This document shows positions 44,787-53,848 of a stretch of DNA of 64,000 nt, piece by piece. Under the pieces are notes generated by a model. It had not been told where the DNA came from, searched no databases, and saw only the letters and a list, made by a program, of their open reading frames with translations. The first letter of the stretch is position 1, and every line of letters starts with the position of its first letter. This DNA comes from an uncultured Oscillospiraceae bacterium (GTDB lineage: Bacteria > Bacillota > Clostridia > Oscillospirales > Oscillospiraceae): positions 9,541-73,540 of the forward strand of contig CALXGG010000001.1 in assembly GCA_944387785.1 (NCBI GenBank). The letters run 5' to 3'. A program made the position numbers and the translations under genes.

Positions 44787-46067
44787 TCAGGAATCGGCCA
44801 GCTTTTTGGCCGTCTCGGTATTGATGAGCTCCTGGATCTGATCCAGCCCGGTATCGATATCCACCGAGCCGTTGTAGATGCTGGTCATGATGTCTACCAC
44901 GCCGCTCTTCCACTTGGGCCGGGCCGCGTTGTTGACGTACTGCACGCAGTAGTCGAACTGGCTCATAATAGCCTCCAGGTCCAGCTGGTAATCGAACTTG
45001 GAGAAGGCGCTGATCCACGTCTCCTCCAGCCCCTCATAGGCAGGGATGGCGGCGCCGGACTCGCCCTGGATCCGCTGGGCCTCCTCGCCGGCAAAATAGG
45101 TGAGCACGTCCAGGGCCACCTCCAGGTTTTTCCCATGGGCGCCGGTGGCGTAGGTCAGGCCGTTGGAGATGGTGGCCCGGCCGTCGCCGCTGACCGGATC
45201 AGGCGCGGCGGGCAGCACCGCGATGTCCCACTTGCCCACCATGTCGGGGTAGTTGTTCATCTCGGAGAGCAGGTTCCAGCTGCCCTCCAGGAACATGGCC
45301 CCCTTCTCCGAGAAGAAGGCGGTGCCGGGGCTGGTCTCGGCAAAATAAGCCTGGTTGGGGCACCAGTCGTTGCCCTGGAGGCCCACATAGTACTTCACCG
45401 CCGCGCGGGTGGCCTCCTGATCGAAGCCGCCCCGGGTCTTGTCCTCGGTGAGGATGCAGCCGCCGTTTTGATAGACGAAATTGTGGTAGCCCAGCTGCTC
45501 GTCGTTATAGGCCATGTAGCCGTAGTTGCCGGTGGCGTCGTAGATGGCCTGAGAGGCGGCCTCCAGGTCATCCCAGGTCCAGCTCTCGTCGGGGTAGGCC
45601 ACCCCGGCGGCGTCGAACATCTCCCGGTTGTACACCAGGCAGATGTTGTCCTTGTCCTTGGGCACGCCATACATCCGCCCGTCGGAGCCGGTGGCGTTGC
45701 TGATGGAGATGTCGCTGTAATGCTCCTCATAGGGGAAGAGGTCCGTGACATCGGCCAGCATGCCGAACTCAGAATAGTACAGGATCTGGTCGGTATGCAT
45801 CCAGAACAGGTCCGGCATGGTGTTGCTCTCGGCGGCGGCCTCCAGCTTGGTCCAGTACTCGCTCCAGCTGGTCACCTGCACCTCGATGACCACGTCGGGG
45901 TTCTGGGCGGTGTAGGCGTCGCACATGGCCTGCATACCGTCACGCTGGGCCACGTCCCAGATCTGAAAGGTGAGGTGGGTCTTGCCGTCCGAGGCCCCGC
46001 ACCCGCTCAGGGACAGCAGCAGCGCCAGCGCCAGCACTGCTGCCAGGATACCAGGTTTCCTTCTCAT
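44787..46067 (-). CDS. sugar ABC transporter substrate-binding lipoprotein
   Basis: Start at M48 (ATG 46067, RBS GAGGAG). Lipobox LLLSLSGCG. The upstream extension runs into an AT-rich promoter region. Confidence 0.85.
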   Translation of the reverse strand: MRRKPGILAAVLALALLLSLSGCGASDGKTHLTFQIWDVAQRDGMQAMCDAYTAQNPDVVIEVQVTSWSEYWTKLEAAAESNTMPDLFWMHTDQILYYSEFGMLADVTDLFPYEEHYSDISISNATGSDGRMYGVPKDKDNICLVYNREMFDAAGVAYPDESWTWDDLEAASQAIYDATGNYGYMAYNDEQLGYHNFVYQNGGCILTEDKTRGGFDQEATRAAVKYYVGLQGNDWCPNQAYFAETSPGTAFFSEKGAMFLEGSWNLLSEMNNYPDMVGKWDIAVLPAAPDPVSGDGRATISNGLTYATGAHGKNLEVALDVLTYFAGEEAQRIQGESGAAIPAYEGLEETWISAFSKFDYQLDLEAIMSQFDYCVQYVNNAARPKWKSGVVDIMTSIYNGSVDIDTGLDQIQELINTETAKKLADS

Positions 46068-46177
46068 AACTCCACTCCTCTGCTGCGTTTTTCCGTCTTT
46101 TCCCGGTAAAAGTCGGAATCTTGATAAAAAAAATATACCTCCTGGCCGGAGGCTTTGTAAATGGACTGGCACACCTG

Positions 46178-46240
46178 AAATATACCAGAATGTCATATAA
46201 TCCCCCATCTATGCATATTGCCTCACATTTTGGTATATTT
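46178..46240. promoter_or_regulatory. 12-nt inverted repeat in the AT-rich upstream region of the ABC operon
   Basis: AAATATACCAGA (46178-46189) and TTTGGTATATTT (46229-46240) match at 11 of 12 positions, separated by a 39-nt spacer. Confidence 0.35.
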
Positions 46241-46556
46241 TTAGTATTTTCGTTAAAGTCTCACATAGCAACTAGCTATTTTTTGTAGGAATATCTAAAT
46301 TCAAGCTGTCAGGAACGCCGCAACTCCGGTCTGTCATTCCGGACCGCCCCCTTTCTCAACCGGGCGATATCCGCATTTATATATCCTAATGTGCAATCTC
46401 CCCGCCAAGGGAGCGGCGAAAGGCGGCGGCACGGGCCCCCACCCGCCCTTCCCGGCGCGGGCCGCTTTTCCCTATTGAAACCGCCGCAGCGCCATGGTAG
46501 ACTGGTGGCATCAAGGGCGCGCCGCCTCCGGGGCGGGGCGCGGAAGGAGGCCAGTC

Positions 46557-47228
46557 GTGTTTTTCCGCAGCAATTTTGAGGAGCCGGGGCCCGGCACCGA
46601 CCAGGAGCCCCCGGAGAAAACCGGGCCTTCCCGCTTCTTTGAGATCCTCCAGGCGGAGTGCGGCAGGCTTATCAAGGTAAACCTCCTATTTCTGCTGGGC
46701 TGCCTGCCGGTGGTCACCATCCCCCTGTCCCTCTGGGCCATGAACCAGGCGGTTCGGGGCATGGTCCTGGACCAGCCCGCCGGCTCCTTCGCCCACTTCC
46801 GCTCCGCCTTCTGCCAGCGGCCCGGGCGTTCCTACGCCGCCTTCTTCCTGGTGGCGGCGCCTTTGGCCCTTTCCGGCTACGGGGCCCTGTTCTACCTGCG
46901 CTATGCGGCAGCCAACCTTCTTGCCTTCCTGCCCTTTATGCTCTGCTCCACAGTTTTTCTGGCGACCCTTTTGGCGTCCCCCTATTTCTACGGCATCCTC
47001 TCCTCCGGGGCGGCGCTGCCCGCGGCGGCCCGCCTGTCCCTGGCCCTGGGGGTAGCCAGGCCCCTGCGGGCCGTGCTGGCCGTCCTCTTCGGCTACGGGC
47101 TGGCCGCGGCGGCGGTGCTGGCCTTTCCCCTGAGCCTGATCTACCTGCTGCTCATCGGCTTCTCCCTGCCCTGCCTGCTGGCCAACTTCTTCGTCCGCAC
47201 CGTCCTGCGGCAGTACGGCGGCTCCTGA
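46557..47228 (+). CDS. YesL-like membrane protein (DUF624)
   Basis: GTG 46557 lies 7 nt after GGAAGGAGG. FFEILQAECGRLIKVNLLFLLGCLPVVTIP is a typical DUF624 N-terminus. It is adjacent to a sugar ABC locus. Confidence 0.65.
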   Translation: MFFRSNFEEPGPGTDQEPPEKTGPSRFFEILQAECGRLIKVNLLFLLGCLPVVTIPLSLWAMNQAVRGMVLDQPAGSFAHFRSAFCQRPGRSYAAFFLVAAPLALSGYGALFYLRYAAANLLAFLPFMLCSTVFLATLLASPYFYGILSSGAALPAAARLSLALGVARPLRAVLAVLFGYGLAAAAVLAFPLSLIYLLLIGFSLPCLLANFFVRTVLRQYGGS

Positions 47229-47261
47229 CAGCGGCAGCCGGCGTCTCTCTGAAAAATACGG

Positions 47262-47302
47262 GGCGGCCCCTCGATCTTAGATCGAGGGGCCGCCTTTCTT
47301 TG
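47262..47302. terminator. bidirectional intrinsic terminator
   Basis: GGCGGCCCCTCGATC tta GATCGAGGGGCCGCC, then TTTCTTTG. An A-run lies upstream. Confidence 0.75.
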
Positions 47303-47334
47303 TCGGGCTTCCCTTCCCCTGGCTCCGTTTCCCG

Positions 47335-47727
47335 TCAAGGCTCCGCCTTGGCGGCCTCCGGCAGGGTCTTGACCGCGAAGAGGAAGTATAGGATATGGAA
47401 CGCCCACACGCAGCCCAGGATGATCCGCCCCACCGCCACGGCGTGCATCATCAGAAACCCGATGCTCATGAGCGCCGTCACCGTGACCATGACCCGGATC
47501 TTTGCCCTGCGGGTCATGCCGCGCCCGGCCACAAAGTCCGCCAGGTTCTCCCGATACAGCCTGGTCCCCTTGAACCAGGCGTCCAGCTTCTCGCTGCTGC
47601 GCCCGAACCCGAAGGCCGCCAGCAGCAGGAAGGGGAAGGCCGGGAGCATGGGCAGCGCCGCCCCCACCGCCCCCAGGGCCAGGCCCAGGAACCCCAGGCA
47701 CAGGTAGAGGAGCTTTTTGATCTTCAT
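47335..47727 (-). CDS. DUF454 (YbaN-like) inner-membrane protein
   Basis: 130 aa. LGFLGLALGAVGAALPMLPAFPFLLLAAF is a typical YbaN start. ATGA overlap with the upstream gene. Confidence 0.7.
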   Translation of the reverse strand: MKIKKLLYLCLGFLGLALGAVGAALPMLPAFPFLLLAAFGFGRSSEKLDAWFKGTRLYRENLADFVAGRGMTRRAKIRVMVTVTALMSIGFLMMHAVAVGRIILGCVWAFHILYFLFAVKTLPEAAKAEP

Positions 47728-48062
47728 TTTCGGTTTCCTCCTTGCTTTCTCTCTTTCAGCGTCTCGATCCCGTGGCGCACCGCCATCACCGGGTGGAGCA
47801 GCAGCATCCGGGGCCCGGAAAAGCGCATCACTTCCCGGATCCGCTCCCGCATCTCCGGCTTATAGCAGTGGACCCGGCAGTTGGAGCAGAAGGTCTTGCT
47901 TTCCATGAAGGGGCACTTGTCGCTGCGCAGCCGGGCGTAGGCCTCCAGCTCCGCGCAGGCGGGGCAGAGCCCCCGGCGGGTGCGGTGGCGCCGCCGGCAA
48001 TAGAGGGCGATCATGGCGGAGACCACCGCCTTCTCCCGCTCCCGTTTGGTCTGTATATCCAT
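47724..48062 (-). CDS. Cys-rich YgbA-like protein (nitrous-oxide-stimulated promoter family)
   Basis: 112 aa with CPAC...CPF...CSNCRVHC cysteine pattern. It shares 1 nt with the upstream stop. Confidence 0.6.
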   Translation of the reverse strand: MDIQTKREREKAVVSAMIALYCRRRHRTRRGLCPACAELEAYARLRSDKCPFMESKTFCSNCRVHCYKPEMRERIREVMRFSGPRMLLLHPVMAVRHGIETLKERKQGGNRK

Positions 48063-49720
48063 CAGCTCACCCTCCCGTGCTCCACCGACCAGACCTGGTC
48101 CGCAATGCGCATGGTAGACGCCCGGTGGGACACCAGCACCACCGTCCTGTCCCCCCGCTCCTCCCCCAGGGACCGCAGGATCACCGCCTCGTTGAGGCTG
48201 TCCAGGTTGCTGGTGGGTTCGTCCAGCAGCAGCAGGGGCCCGCCGTGGAGAAAGGCCCGGGCCAGCCCGATCCGCTGCCGTTCGCCGCCGGACAAGGTGT
48301 CCCCCAGCTCCCCTACCGGGGTGTCATAGCCCCTGGGCAGGGAGGCGATGAACCCATGAAGGGACGCCTTCCGGCAGGCCTCCTCGATCTCGGCGTCGGA
48401 GGCGTCCAGCCGGGCCACGCGGATGTTGTTGCGGATGGAATCGTGGAAAAGATGGGTCTCCTGGGTGACATAGCTCTCCATAGCCCGCAGATCAGCGGTA
48501 TTGATCTCCCCCACCTCCCGGCCGGAGATCTCCACCCGCCCCTGCTCCGCCTCCCAGAAGCGCATGAGGAGCTTGAGAAGGGTGGATTTGCCGCTGCCGC
48601 TGCGGCCGGACACGCCTACCACCGCTCCCCGGGGGATCCGGAGGGACACGTCCTCCAGTACGGCCTCGCCGCCGTAGGAGAAGGTGACGCGCCGGACCTC
48701 CGCCCGGGTGAAGGCCGTCTCCGGCCGCCCGCTCACCTCCTCCACCAGCGGGGCCTCCTCCAGGATGTCCAGCACACGGTTGCCGGCGGCAAGGGTGTGC
48801 TGGAGCGTGGATCCCAGGTTGGCCAGGGCCACCACCGGGCCGAAGGAGCTCATCAGGGCCACGACGGCGACCACCGCTCCCTCAAACCCCAGCCGCCCCT
48901 CCCGGCAGAGGAGGGCGGCGGAAAAGAGCATCAGCAGGTCGAACGTCAGGAGCAGGAGCTGGGTGCCGGCCGCGTTCCTCCCGGCGGTGCGCTTTATCCG
49001 CTCCTCATCTGCGGCCAGGCCCCGGGTGCGCTCCGCCAGCTCCGCCAGGCGCCGGGCGCCGCCGCCATATTGCAGGGTCTCCGGGAGGCCCCGCAGGCTG
49101 TCCAGCATAAAGGCGGACAGGGCTCCCGCCTGCCGCCGGAAGCGCAGCGCGTCGCCGCCGCCGGCCCGGGCGGTGAGCAGCGGGACAAGGATCCCCACCG
49201 TCCCATAGGCCGCCAGGGCCAGCAGCCCCAGAAGGACGTGGCGGCGGCCGATAAACAGCGCCATGATCCCGGAGAAAAGGGCGGCGATGGCCACCGGGGA
49301 CACGGTGTGGGCATAGAACACCTCCAGCAGCTCGATATCCGAGGTGATCACGGCGATCAGATCCCCTTTGTCCCTTCCCTCCAGCTTGGCGGGGGCCAGC
49401 CGCCGCAGGGCACGGAACACACGGTCCCGGATAAGGGCCAGCAGCTTGAAGGCGATGTAGTGGTTGCAGGACTGCTCCCCATACCGCAGCAGGGCCCGGA
49501 GCACCGCCATGGCGGCGGCGCCGGCAAACAGCGCCGCCAGGGGCAGCGGCGCGGGCAGCCCGGCCGCCCCCAGTACGCCGAAGGCGCCGAAGATCGTGAT
49601 GAACGCGGCGCACAGATGCCCCGCAAGGCCCATGGCCACCGCCAGGACCATATAGCCCGCCAAGGGCCGCACCAGGACGACCAGCCTGGCCATGACCGCA
49701 AGGCCGCTGCGCTTCTTCAT
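48062..49720 (-). CDS. ABC exporter, fused permease/ATPase (CydC-like half transporter)
   Basis: 552 aa from M18 (ATGA overlap with the upstream gene). Six TM segments plus Walker A GRSGSGKST, LSGGERQR and LLLDEPTS. Confidence 0.8.
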   Translation of the reverse strand: MKKRSGLAVMARLVVLVRPLAGYMVLAVAMGLAGHLCAAFITIFGAFGVLGAAGLPAPLPLAALFAGAAAMAVLRALLRYGEQSCNHYIAFKLLALIRDRVFRALRRLAPAKLEGRDKGDLIAVITSDIELLEVFYAHTVSPVAIAALFSGIMALFIGRRHVLLGLLALAAYGTVGILVPLLTARAGGGDALRFRRQAGALSAFMLDSLRGLPETLQYGGGARRLAELAERTRGLAADEERIKRTAGRNAAGTQLLLLTFDLLMLFSAALLCREGRLGFEGAVVAVVALMSSFGPVVALANLGSTLQHTLAAGNRVLDILEEAPLVEEVSGRPETAFTRAEVRRVTFSYGGEAVLEDVSLRIPRGAVVGVSGRSGSGKSTLLKLLMRFWEAEQGRVEISGREVGEINTADLRAMESYVTQETHLFHDSIRNNIRVARLDASDAEIEEACRKASLHGFIASLPRGYDTPVGELGDTLSGGERQRIGLARAFLHGGPLLLLDEPTSNLDSLNEAVILRSLGEERGDRTVVLVSHRASTMRIADQVWSVEHGRVS

Positions 49721-51453
49721 GCTCCTGCCGCCTCCTTCCCATACTGCTCCAGGGCCTGCTGGACCTTCCACAGCCCGGCATACCGTCCGCCCGCCGCCAA
49801 AAGCTCCCCATGGCGGCCGCTTTCCGCTACCCGTCCGCCCTCCAGCACATAGAGCCGGTCCGCCCCCACCACGTTGGCCAGGCGATGGGAGATCAGGATG
49901 ATGGTCTTTTTCCCAGCCAGGGCCAGGATCTGCTCCATGATGTCCGTTTCACTCTCCACGTCGATGTTGGAGGTGGCCTCGTCAAAGATATACACCGGGC
50001 TGTCGTGGAGCAGGGCCCGGGCCAGGGCCAGGCGCTGGCGCTGGCCGCCGGAGAGGTTGCCCCCCTTCTCCTCCAGCGGAGTATCCAGCCCCCGCTCCCC
50101 CCGGAGAAAATCCGCCAGCCGCACCTGCTCCAGCACCTGCCACAGCGTCTCCTCCCCAGCCCCGGGCGCGGCCGGCAGCAGGTTCTCCCGGACCGTCCCC
50201 TTGAAGAGATAGCTGTTGTGGGAGATATAGGTGAGGTTCTCCATCAGGCTCTCCTCCCTGATGGCCGCCAGGTCCGTCCCGCCCACGGTCACCGTCCCGC
50301 CGTAGCCCCGGACCCGGCCCATGAGGATGGCCGCCACCGTGGACTTGCCGCAGCCGGACTCCCCCACGATGGCAGTGAAGCTGCCCTCCGGGAACGTCAT
50401 GGTCACATCCCGCAGGACGGCCCGGTCCGGCTCATAGGCAAAGGAGACGCCGGAGAGGCGGATGGTCCTGTCCCCGGGCACCGGCTCCGTCCGCCGGGGC
50501 GGCTCCTCCGCGTCCAGGATCCGGAAGATCTTCTCCGCCGCCGCCATGCCGTTCATGGCCACATGGAAATAGCTGCCCAAAAGCCGCATGGGAAGGAAAA
50601 AATCAGCGGCCAGCAGGAGGATGAGCAGCGCGCCGAAAAGATCCGTGCCGCCGGAGCGCAGCTGCGCCGCCGCCAGGATCAGCCCCGCCGCCGCGCCGCC
50701 GTAGGCCACCAGGTCCATGACGGTGATGGAGTTGAGCTGCATGGTCAGTACCCTCATGGTGATCCTGCGGAACTCCTCCGACGCCCGGTTCATCTCCTCG
50801 TTTTTATAACCGTCTGCCTGATAGATCTTCAGGGTGGTCAGCCCCTGCAGGTTCTCCAGGAAGGTGTCCCCCAGGGCCGTATAGCGGTCCCAGTACCTGC
50901 CCAGCAGCTTCTTCGCCCAGGTCTGCACCGCCGCGATGGAGACGGGGATCAGCGGCACGCACGCCAGCAGCACCGCCGCCGCCGGCACATTGACGGGCCA
51001 GAGCACCGCGAAAAGCGTCGCCGGCGCCAGCAGGGCGTAAAAAAACTGGGGGAGATACTGGCCGAAATACACCTCCAGCTGCTCCACCCCCTCTACGGCC
51101 ACCTGCACCGCCTCGCTGGTGGAGACCTTCTCCTGATAGGCGGCGCCCAGCTTCAGGAGCTTCCGATACAGCATGTCCCGCAGCTTCCCCTTCACCGCGC
51201 GGCCGGCAAGGTAGCTCATCCGCGCCGCCCCCAGGCCGCAGGCAAAGCGGCAGGCCAGGGCCACGGCGGCAAGGCCGGCGGTACGCAGCAGCCCGGCCGC
51301 CTCCGGCCCCCTCCCATACAGGCTCTCCAGCAGCCGGCATACCAGCGCCATCAGGAAGATATTGGCCAGCAGGGACGCCCACTGGAACAGTACGCTGCCC
51401 GCCACATATTTCCTGCTCTCGCTTACCGCCGCGATCAGCCGCTTGTTGATCAT
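49717..51453 (-). CDS. ABC exporter, fused permease/ATPase (CydD-like half transporter)
   Basis: 578 aa from M13 (RBS GGGGGAGGAAGG). GESGCGKST, LSGGQRQR and YIFDEATS motifs. Confidence 0.8.
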   Translation of the reverse strand: MINKRLIAAVSESRKYVAGSVLFQWASLLANIFLMALVCRLLESLYGRGPEAAGLLRTAGLAAVALACRFACGLGAARMSYLAGRAVKGKLRDMLYRKLLKLGAAYQEKVSTSEAVQVAVEGVEQLEVYFGQYLPQFFYALLAPATLFAVLWPVNVPAAAVLLACVPLIPVSIAAVQTWAKKLLGRYWDRYTALGDTFLENLQGLTTLKIYQADGYKNEEMNRASEEFRRITMRVLTMQLNSITVMDLVAYGGAAAGLILAAAQLRSGGTDLFGALLILLLAADFFLPMRLLGSYFHVAMNGMAAAEKIFRILDAEEPPRRTEPVPGDRTIRLSGVSFAYEPDRAVLRDVTMTFPEGSFTAIVGESGCGKSTVAAILMGRVRGYGGTVTVGGTDLAAIREESLMENLTYISHNSYLFKGTVRENLLPAAPGAGEETLWQVLEQVRLADFLRGERGLDTPLEEKGGNLSGGQRQRLALARALLHDSPVYIFDEATSNIDVESETDIMEQILALAGKKTIILISHRLANVVGADRLYVLEGGRVAESGRHGELLAAGGRYAGLWKVQQALEQYGKEAAGA

Positions 51454-51738
51454 CCTTCCTCCCCCTTCCGCGGACCGGATGCCCGCCAAGATGTTAGAAT
51501 TAACTAACTTATGAGGAAAAACTGCGGTTAGCGGATGCTAACCTTTTGTCAGGATATCATTTCCACTGCTGTTTGTCAAGTCCAACCCGCCCTTTTTCAC
51601 CGCTTTCCCCTGGTTTTTACAGGAAAAGCGCTTCTCCCCGGAGCCCGCGCCGGCCGGGCCCCTCTCCCTCTTGACCGCCGGGGCGAAACATGATACCCTG
51701 GCCTTACTACCTCGGCAACGATAGGAAGGGAGACTGCC

Positions 51739-52065
51739 ATGACATTTGCGGAAATGTTCGCTCAGGCGAAAGCGCTGCTGGCATCGGCCGACGCCAGCGG
51801 GATCCATGAGCACCTGGCCTACCAGTTCAACGTCACCGGCGCGGCCCAGGGCGTCTTTTACATCGAAGTGAAGGACGGCGCGGTTTATGTGGAGCCCTAC
51901 GAGTACCACGACCGGGACGCCATGTTCACCTGCTCTGCCGAAACCCTCTTCAAAATCGCCGGCGGAAAGACCGACCCGGTGGCGGCGGTGCTGCTGGGGA
52001 AGCTGAAGGTGGAGGGGAACATCGACAAGGCCCTCAAGCTCAAGGAGCTGCTGGCCGCCAAATGA
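51739..52065 (+). CDS. SCP2 sterol-carrier-like domain protein
   Basis: 108 aa. C-terminal LLGKLKVEGNIDKALKLKELL is a typical SCP2 fold signature. Confidence 0.7.
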   Translation: MTFAEMFAQAKALLASADASGIHEHLAYQFNVTGAAQGVFYIEVKDGAVYVEPYEYHDRDAMFTCSAETLFKIAGGKTDPVAAVLLGKLKVEGNIDKALKLKELLAAK

Positions 52066-52075
52066 TCCCTGTTTC

Positions 52076-52121
52076 AAAGGAGCGCCCCCCGGACCCAGTC
52101 GGGTCCGGGGGGCGCTCCTTT
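52076..52121. terminator. bidirectional intrinsic terminator
   Basis: 21-bp perfect inverted repeat AAAGGAGCGCCCCCCGGACCC agtc GGGTCCGGGGGGCGCTCCTTT. Confidence 0.8.
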
Positions 52122-52128
52122 GCTGGCA

Positions 52129-53025
52129 CTATTTCTCTTTTTCCTCAAACAGGTAGTCCTTGCGCTCCAGGGTGAAGCCCTGGCCCCGGACCTCCTTGAT
52201 CTGGGTAACGGTGATGAAGGCCCCGGGATCCACAGAGTGGATCAGCTCCTTGGCGGCATACAGCTTCCGGGGCGGGATCACGCACAGCACGCCCTTGCGC
52301 TGCCGCTCGGCGATGCCCGTCTCGATGAGCACCATGGTGACCCCCGCCCGGAGCTCTCCCAGGAGCCTGCGCCGGATCTCCTCAAAGCGGTCGGACACGG
52401 CAAAGATCTGGATCTGGGACTGGCCCAGGAGTATGACCTGGTTGAGGGCCACCGACTCCACCACCAGGAGGACCAGGCCATAGAGGATCTGCTCCGGCTG
52501 GGAGAAGAGGGCCTGCCCCCCCAGGATCAGGAAATCCACGATATACACGAACACGGAGACCGGCAGGTGGAACCACTTGTGGAGCACCAGGTTCACCACA
52601 TCGGTGCCGCCGGTGGAGGCGCCCACCCGGATCACCATGCCCACGGCGATGCCGATGAGCCCTCCGGCGAAGAGGGCTGAGAGCAGCGGGTTGTCCGTCA
52701 GGGAGTCGATCCCCGGGATCCGCTGCACCACCCCCAGCAGCAGCGGGTAGAGCAGGGAGCTGCCCACGGTGGCGAAGAAAAACCCCTTTCCCAATACGAT
52801 ATAGCCCAGCAGCAGCGCCAGCAGGTTCAGCACCAGCACGTTCAGCGCCACATCCGTATCCAGGAAATGGCCGACCAGGATGCCGATGCCGGTGGCGCCG
52901 CCCATAATGATGTCGTGGGGCACCACAAAGGCCGCGATGGTAAAAGCCAGGATGGTGTTGCCCAGCAGGATGCTGGCACAGGTCCACAGGACCTTCCCCA
53001 CCCGCGTTCCGGAATGGTTCAACAT
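52129..53025 (-). CDS. YitT-family membrane protein (DUF2179 C-terminal domain)
   Basis: 298 aa from M46 (ATG 53025, RBS GGAGAAGGGGAG). NTILAFTIAAFVVPHDIIMGGATGI is a typical YitT start. Confidence 0.8.
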   Translation of the reverse strand: MLNHSGTRVGKVLWTCASILLGNTILAFTIAAFVVPHDIIMGGATGIGILVGHFLDTDVALNVLVLNLLALLLGYIVLGKGFFFATVGSSLLYPLLLGVVQRIPGIDSLTDNPLLSALFAGGLIGIAVGMVIRVGASTGGTDVVNLVLHKWFHLPVSVFVYIVDFLILGGQALFSQPEQILYGLVLLVVESVALNQVILLGQSQIQIFAVSDRFEEIRRRLLGELRAGVTMVLIETGIAERQRKGVLCVIPPRKLYAAKELIHSVDPGAFITVTQIKEVRGQGFTLERKDYLFEEKEK

Positions 53026-53272
53026 ACGCTCCCCTTCTCCTCTTCCGTATTCCCAGCCGCGCCGGGGGATCTGTGTCGTATGCGCCGTCCCGGGACGCGT
53101 CCATTCCCCCCGGGGGAGCGGCGCCTTTTTATTATACCGGAGGGACCGGCCCTTTGGCAATAGCCACCTCTCCGTCTCTGGTGAAAGCGCCCCGGGGCCC
53201 CTCCGCCCCCGCTCCGTCAGCCCCCTTTCCCGGCGGGACGCCCTGCCGGTCCAGCCGGTGACCGATTTTTAT

Positions 53273-53324
53273 TGTTGACAAATCAACATTTTCTTGCTAC
53301 AATCCGGCTCGTTGATTTCTCAAC
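53273..53324 (+). promoter_or_regulatory. sigma-A promoter overlapped by two GTTGA-N4-TCAAC inverted repeats (MarR-type operators)
   Basis: TTGACA 53275-53280, 17-nt spacer, TACAAT 53298-53303. IR1 is TGTTGAcaaaTCAACA at 53273-53288. IR2 is GTTGAtttcTCAAC at 53311-53324. Confidence 0.6.
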
Positions 53325-53341
53325 AACAAGAGGGGTGCCGT

Positions 53342-53848
53342 ATGGTCGATCGCTTTGCGCAGTTCACCGGCGCGGTTTTGGAGCTGCACCGGTGCATCAA
53401 CAGGATCAAGGAGGCCGAGATGGCGGAATGGGGGCTGCGGGGCAGCCACGTCATGTGCCTGTACTACCTGGGCCGGTACGAGGAGGGCCTCACCGCGGCC
53501 CAGCTCACCGCCCTGTGCAAGGAGGACAAGGCCGCCGTCTCCCGCACCGTCAGCCAGCTGGCGGAGCGGGGGCTGGTCTGCCGGGTCCCCTCCGGGGCCG
53601 GCAGCGCCTACCGGGCCGCCCTGTGCCTCACCGGCCAGGGGAAGGACCTGGTCAGCCGCATCAACCGGAAGATCGAAGGGGTCCTCTCCTGCAGCAGCCG
53701 GGGGATCCCCGACGAAAAGCGGGACGATCTCTACCGCTCCCTCCAGGTGATCCTGGAAAACCTGGAGCGGTATGTGGCCCAGAAGGAGGAGGGCCTCCCC
53801 TCCCCAGAAGGCGCCCCCATATCAGGAAAGAAGGAATCTGAAGCATGA
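53342..53848 (+). CDS. MarR-family transcriptional regulator
   Basis: 168 aa from ATG 53342. Winged-helix region LTAAQLTALCKEDKAAVSRTVSQLAERGLV. Confidence 0.85.
   Translation: MVDRFAQFTGAVLELHRCINRIKEAEMAEWGLRGSHVMCLYYLGRYEEGLTAAQLTALCKEDKAAVSRTVSQLAERGLVCRVPSGAGSAYRAALCLTGQGKDLVSRINRKIEGVLSCSSRGIPDEKRDDLYRSLQVILENLERYVAQKEEGLPSPEGAPISGKKESEA

Noticed and set aside
40866-46109. Plus-strand ORFs 40866..42899 (677 aa) and 42915..46109 (1064 aa)
   Set aside because: They are antisense to GH36 and to the three ABC genes. The second spans several real genes and intergenic terminators, which a true gene would not do.
48077-51507. Plus-strand ORFs 48077..49852 and 49810..51507, plus the many nested 100-270-aa ORFs in this region
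   Set aside because: They are antisense or out-of-frame shadows of the CydDC-like genes. There are no motifs, and the bias is Gly/Pro/Arg/His.
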